This document shows positions 27,637 through 31,576 of a stretch of DNA of 31,576 nucleotides, piece after piece. This DNA comes from a virus (taxonomy: Duplodnaviria; Caudoviricetes). The notes below the pieces were generated by a model. That model ran no database searches, had not been told where the DNA came from, and saw nothing but the letters and a program-made list of their open reading frames with translations. The DNA lies in IMG/VR virus record IMGVR_UViG_3300034025_000012, positions 1 to 31,576 of that record. One strand, given 5' to 3'. Numbering within the stretch: the stretch's first letter is position 1; each line of letters opens with the position of its first letter. Position numbers and translations under genes: made by a program.

Positions 27637-28889
27637 TAGCGACTAATTCCGAAGTACTGGTGCTTCTTTACGGGGAACCTGAAATGCGTAGGATAACCCA
27701 AGGCGTCAGCCATGTGTTCTGTTCCTAGTTTTTTATTAACTTCCCTAGTACCTTCCTTGTAAATAGTTTGTTCAAGAGAACTAATTAAATGCTTACAGTG
27801 ACTACTTACGTAAAGTCGGGTTTCTCCCGCAGCAGTCATAAACATTCTATTTACAGCGTTGATTCTGTCAGCAACAGGAGGGTGTTTTCTATGATAGAAC
27901 AATTTACGGAAACCTTTCTGCCTTAGAATGTCTAAGTCAGACTCGCCCCTAGTATGCCCTCTAGAGCTACCGGCAGGGTCAGGATAGATTTCAACTTTAC
28001 GCCTTAGCTCTTGCTTGTAGAACTTCTGTTCTAGCTTCTCTGCAATTTCAGCGGTGTTAGCATTGCGTTCACAGATTTCATCTACTACCCAAATACTTCC
28101 ATCTGGTTGTGGTTGCATAATTACAACCGACATAGGATCAAGGTTAAAATCCTGTCCTACCCAAATTGGAAGAGTTGGGTTGAACGGTAGGAACTGCTTA
28201 GCGTGTTTCTGTCTATTGAAGGTGTAGTAAACCTTACCCTGCATAGTTTCGAAGGAAGCCATATATTCCTGATTAAACGACTTCTCATCAAGGTTGCGTC
28301 TAGCAGCCTCAACTTCGTCTACAGGAATGAATGGATTATCAGCGGTAACGAACTGCCAACTCTTCCAACCGTCCTTCTGCCATGAAGGATCGAAACCCCG
28401 CATATAAAGCTCATAGAGAAGGTTGTAAGACTTTGGAGTACCAGCTACCACCACACGCCCTCTTCTATCTGAGAGGGTCGGATAAAGCACCTTCTCGAAG
28501 ATTTCAGGCTTGAAGTCTTGGTATTCGTCCATACAAAGAAGATTAATACCGGAACCGCGTAGACCGTCTGGCTTATCGACACCGAAGAGTGATATCTTAG
28601 AACCATTCTTAAGTTCTAGGATTAGTTCTACTTCTGATTTGTATTTAATGAAATGTGCTGGAATTGTTTGCTTTAATTCCGACCACATAAGACGCTTGGC
28701 CTGTTTGTAGGTAGGAGCAACATACCAGATTACGTGATTAGGTTTAGTGAAGGCTTCTTTAAGCATTTCTGCTTTGAGGCCCTGTGTCTTACCGAAACGC
28801 CTTCCACAGACCATTACCTTAAAACGGGCAGGGTCGTGGAATACCTTAGCTTGCGCTGGATGGAGTCTTAAGTCGAAAGCAGGAACCAT
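27636..28889 (-). CDS. terL: terminase large subunit
   Basis: Walker A CGRRFGKT, YVAPT, LRG, Walker B CMDEY, GTP coupling motif, nuclease GQDFN and HMADALGY. Confidence 0.97.
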   Translation of the reverse strand: MVPAFDLRLHPAQAKVFHDPARFKVMVCGRRFGKTQGLKAEMLKEAFTKPNHVIWYVAPTYKQAKRLMWSELKQTIPAHFIKYKSEVELILELKNGSKISLFGVDKPDGLRGSGINLLCMDEYQDFKPEIFEKVLYPTLSDRRGRVVVAGTPKSYNLLYELYMRGFDPSWQKDGWKSWQFVTADNPFIPVDEVEAARRNLDEKSFNQEYMASFETMQGKVYYTFNRQKHAKQFLPFNPTLPIWVGQDFNLDPMSVVIMQPQPDGSIWVVDEICERNANTAEIAEKLEQKFYKQELRRKVEIYPDPAGSSRGHTRGESDLDILRQKGFRKLFYHRKHPPVADRINAVNRMFMTAAGETRLYVSSHCKHLISSLEQTIYKEGTREVNKKLGTEHMADALGYPTHFRFPVKKHQYFGISR

Positions 28890-29548
28890 TAGCCGCCAAC
28901 CCGCTTAACCCAATCATCCTTCTCATCTTCATCTAAACCTTCAATAACGATATCATCTGCATCATCGTCTTCTGGTTCTGGAGCATTCTGATCCTTAATC
29001 ATATCCGCCATCATTTCCTGTGATTCGCGGAGAGCCTTAATATCCTGTTCGTCGTAAACACCGATATTAAAGGTTTTTTCGTCCTGAGGTTGGTTATCAG
29101 GGTTGTAAAGATCGTAAAGATGGAACATATCATTACGAATAGTCTTATAGACTTTGGTTGCCGCAATAATGGTTTCAATTTCGTTCTTTCGTGAGAAGAG
29201 TTTTTCCTTGTTCTTCTTAGCCTCTGTAATCTCATTCATAGTGAGAGTCATTAAGAAGTCGCCGTACTTAAGGAATCGCTTCTTAAAGGTAAAGATTTCC
29301 TCTACCAGTTGCTCTTTCTCTGCTCTTATCTTGGTTTCAATTTCTTTAGAAGCAAGGTGGGCCTTAGAGCCACGTTTAATACCACGCCTCTTAAGACCCT
29401 GCGATAATGCCGGTTCTGATACTCCGAACTTTTCTGATAGTTCTTTTAGTGTAACTTCACCCATTTCCCACAATGAGGAAACTACAAGCCATTCAGACTC
29501 TTTTAGGCGCTTTGATGGTTCTGGTGTTAGTTCAATTTCTTTTTCCAT
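28889..29548 (-). CDS. terminase small subunit (N-terminal HTH)
   Basis: TLKELSEKFGVSEPALSQGLKRRG HTH, helical middle, acidic tail; TAATG-coupled to TerL; start placed at ATG 29548. Confidence 0.75.
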   Translation of the reverse strand: MEKEIELTPEPSKRLKESEWLVVSSLWEMGEVTLKELSEKFGVSEPALSQGLKRRGIKRGSKAHLASKEIETKIRAEKEQLVEEIFTFKKRFLKYGDFLMTLTMNEITEAKKNKEKLFSRKNEIETIIAATKVYKTIRNDMFHLYDLYNPDNQPQDEKTFNIGVYDEQDIKALRESQEMMADMIKDQNAPEPEDDDADDIVIEGLDEDEKDDWVKRVGG

Positions 29549-29563
29549 AAACTTAGTATAGCA
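29549..29563 (-). promoter_or_regulatory. extended -10 promoter, probably giving a leaderless TerS mRNA
   Basis: TGcTATACT (29563-29555) is followed 6 nt later by ATG; no SD. Confidence 0.55.
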
Positions 29564-29611
29564 CAAAGTTTATAAAAGTTAAGAGTAATTTTGCTACTAG
29601 AGGTAAGAGTA

Positions 29612-30439
29612 CTAAACTCCCGGAACACCACAAGCTTGAAGGAAGGTACGAATAGCTGTATTAGTAGCACTAATTTGGGTAGGTGTTAAATATGATCCCG
29701 CATGTACTACACCTATCTGCCTTGTGGTGGGTGTACTTGCGGAAGTTGTTGCGCCAACCATAAGAGTAGTGTTAGGTAAGACAAGGGTTGGTGATGTAAC
29801 TTGAGACGCAACCTCTGTTCCGTTGCGATATACACGCATATCGCTTCCATTGAGACGTGAAGCAACAAAGTGGGAAGGTCCAGTGTTGTAAATAGCAGGG
29901 TTGACACCGGCAGCCCCTATCGCTGCTACCCCGGATATACCTGTTGCGGCATTTGAAATGCCGTCTGGGACAGACCCACCGCCAAAATTAACGTCTCTCG
30001 CATTACCGCCAATAGCAGTATTTGAGAAAGTCCCTAAGTGAGCATCGCCAAGGTTATACCCACCGTGTACTGTAGGGTTAAAATCACCACGTAAATAATT
30101 TCCTACTACCGCTCCGGGAGTAAAACCACGATCCGCAACAAAGGTTGGTGTTCCAAACTTTAGTAAATTATGTGCATCAGCTTTCCAATTAAGTAATGCA
30201 GATTGTTCATCATGTAATGCAAAAACATGAAATACCTTCAATTTAGACCACACACCGGCAGTATCTAAAGCTTTAATTAACTGACTGATTTGCCACTTTC
30301 TAACATCACTTGGAGGAGTTGTCATTCTAGCAAATAAGGCAATTGCATCCGCATGATAAGGAACGGGAGGTGCAGGAGGTGGAGAAGTGAAACGCCTTGT
30401 TCCTAAACCAAAAACACCTTTAACACCAATAAAATCCAT
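29612..30439 (-). CDS. putative head-spike fibre / lectin-like virion protein
   Basis: Gly/hydrophobic N-terminus, poly-Pro linker, then a ConA/LamG-like C-terminus (HFVASRLNGSDMRVYRNGTEV...YLTPTQI); TAATG-coupled to the spike-base gene. Confidence 0.6.
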   Translation of the reverse strand: MDFIGVKGVFGLGTRRFTSPPPAPPVPYHADAIALFARMTTPPSDVRKWQISQLIKALDTAGVWSKLKVFHVFALHDEQSALLNWKADAHNLLKFGTPTFVADRGFTPGAVVGNYLRGDFNPTVHGGYNLGDAHLGTFSNTAIGGNARDVNFGGGSVPDGISNAATGISGVAAIGAAGVNPAIYNTGPSHFVASRLNGSDMRVYRNGTEVASQVTSPTLVLPNTTLMVGATTSASTPTTRQIGVVHAGSYLTPTQISATNTAIRTFLQACGVPGV

Positions 30440-30720
30440 TATAAATAACCATGAATGATTAAGCCGGTCGATGTTCCAGTTAATAATACTCTAGCAGTAT
30501 GAATTGGTTCAATAACTAAAGAAGAAGGAGGAATAGTAACAACTATATCATCACCCGCAACAGTTTGAAGAGAAATGGTGGAAGAAGTAGAATTTGAATT
30601 CCAAACTCTTAAAGCCATTGGAAATTCAACTAAATCAGTTGAATCATTAGGTGTAATTAAAAAACACCTAGAGATAGAAGCATCTGTTTCTTTAGGGGTG
30701 TAATTTCTTGTTTTAGACAT
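30439..30720 (-). CDS. head spike base protein (RcGTA Rcc01079-like)
   Basis: 93 aa; ITPNDSTDL...ALRV...AGDDIV...PI..ARVLLTGTS..LI pattern matches my recollection of the Rcc01079 family. Confidence 0.7.
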   Translation of the reverse strand: MSKTRNYTPKETDASISRCFLITPNDSTDLVEFPMALRVWNSNSTSSTISLQTVAGDDIVVTIPPSSLVIEPIHTARVLLTGTSTGLIIHGYL

Positions 30721-30744
30721 ATTGATTCCTTAAGCTTTAAAATC

Positions 30745-30773
30745 ATTATAGACTGAATTAAAAATCTAAACAA
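30745..30773 (-). promoter_or_regulatory. sigma70-type promoter for the head-spike cassette
   Basis: Minus strand TTGTTT-17-TATAAT, with SD AAGGA before ATG 30720. Confidence 0.65.
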
Positions 30774-30940
30774 GATAAAGAAAACGTTCGCTGTTTGGAA
30801 AGGAACCCTTCACTTCGTTCGGATTCCAAAAACCCCATTGTTGTTTTACGAAAAACAACCTAAGTTGTCAACTGCTTTTTAAAAATGGCTGATTTCTGCG
30901 GTTTTCTACCTTCATTTTTAGCTTGACAGGATTTCAAGGG

Positions 30941-31189
30941 TTACAGGATTTCCATTGCTTTAGTGGTTACATTGAAAATCCTAACAGCCTTACCATCGCG
31001 GTTAACTAGACCTTTTCTCTCTACGTAACCATTATCAACCAGTACCCGGATTGAATGTAACATAGCATCCCTCTTACACTCATAGGTAATCCCTTTCAGG
31101 ATATCATAAACAGAACAGGCGGTTCCATCAGGATTCCCCGCCTTGATAACCTGTAGGATTTCTACCTGTTTAGTTGTAAATTTAATCAT
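30941..31189 (-). CDS. winged-helix DNA-binding protein
   Basis: TTKQVEILQVI...SIRVLVDNGYVER...VTTKA MarR-like pattern. Confidence 0.75.
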   Translation of the reverse strand: MIKFTTKQVEILQVIKAGNPDGTACSVYDILKGITYECKRDAMLHSIRVLVDNGYVERKGLVNRDGKAVRIFNVTTKAMEIL

Positions 31190-31363
31190 TTAAACTCTTC
31201 CATTAAAATGTTTATCAACTTCATCATAATCTTCTTCTTCGAAGTCTTCTCCAAAACCGCAACCATTACAGATATTCATGCGGAAGCGGTTTCTACAATC
31301 CTTACAATCATCAAATTTATCTGACTCAAAGATTTCGTTGTCGTCTTCGTCATTTTGTAACAT
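31190..31363 (-). CDS. small acidic four-Cys protein, 57 aa
   Basis: Not in track. MLQNDEDDNEIFESDKFDDCKDCRNRFRMNICNGCGFGEDFEEEDYDEVDKHFNGRV; stop abuts the next ATG. Confidence 0.65.
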   Translation of the reverse strand: MLQNDEDDNEIFESDKFDDCKDCRNRFRMNICNGCGFGEDFEEEDYDEVDKHFNGRV

Positions 31364-31576
31364 ATTTAGTAATCTTTCTAATCCAATCTATAAATTCGTC
31401 TAGACTCATATCACTCTTGGCACGGTTACAAATTCTACAACATGAAACACAATTATCTTTATAATAACCTTTAGTGGAGTCTAGTCTGTCTATCCCGTTA
31501 TACTTTGTTTCACTGTAGGAGGTTTTGTAAGAATTAGTCTGGTGACTTCCACAATAGTAACAATCACCGTCTATTA
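31350..31576 (-). CDS. HNH-type endonuclease, 5'-truncated by the window edge
   Basis: Not in track. ...DCYYCG...NGIDRLDSTKGYYKDNCVSCCRICNRAKSDMSLDEFIDWIRKI...*. Confidence 0.85.
   Translation of the reverse strand, partial: IDGDCYYCGSHQTNSYKTSYSETKYNGIDRLDSTKGYYKDNCVSCCRICNRAKSDMSLDEFIDWIRKITKYVTK

Noticed and set aside
27636-28889. Intron or intein in TerL, and likewise in helicase or primase
   Set aside because: All have ordinary lengths with contiguous motifs; the HNH gene lies outside the TerL frame.
984-29561. All plus-strand ORFs in the track (e.g. 17598..18020, 23344..23748, 25270..25707, 29154..29561)
   Set aside because: They are antisense shadows of well-supported minus-strand genes, with Ser/Phe/Leu-rich composition and no motifs.
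1-31576. Stop-codon reassignment suggested by the many TAG/CTAG strings
   Set aside because: Standard code gives dense full-length genes, and TAG (20286, 21323) and TGA (1132, 31350) act as ordinary stops.

Overview
The whole window is tailed-phage (siphovirus) DNA with every credible gene on the minus strand and no host genes, tRNAs or CRISPR visible. In transcription order (right to left) it carries: a partial HNH endonuclease, two small genes, a two-gene head-spike-like module, TerS, TerL, an HNH endonuclease, portal, scaffold, major capsid, neck genes, tail tube, a G/GT tail chaperone with a -1 frameshift, tape measure, lambda-like M/L/K tail-tip genes, a 2058-aa I-J fusion with a modular fibre, endolysin, two spanins, a DnaQ-like exonuclease, small ORFs, PhoH, DnaB-like helicase, primase and a partial CobT-like HExxH/vWA protein. 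From memory, the capsid, chaperone and gene set resemble SSU5/pHCM2-type phage(-plasmid)s, while the head-spike base and membrane-tailed endolysin suggest an alphaproteobacterial host; both are inferences. The best leads are (1) a repeated promoter design in which the transcription start should fall inside a hairpin that otherwise hides the ribosome-binding site (capsid, tail tube, endolysin), (2) apparent absence of CCWGG with many CTAGG/CCTAG, (3) an RcGTA-like head-spike cassette, (4) a fibre with mirror-ordered modules, and (5) a holin-less lysis cassette. Several ORFs missing from the supplied track were translated by hand.
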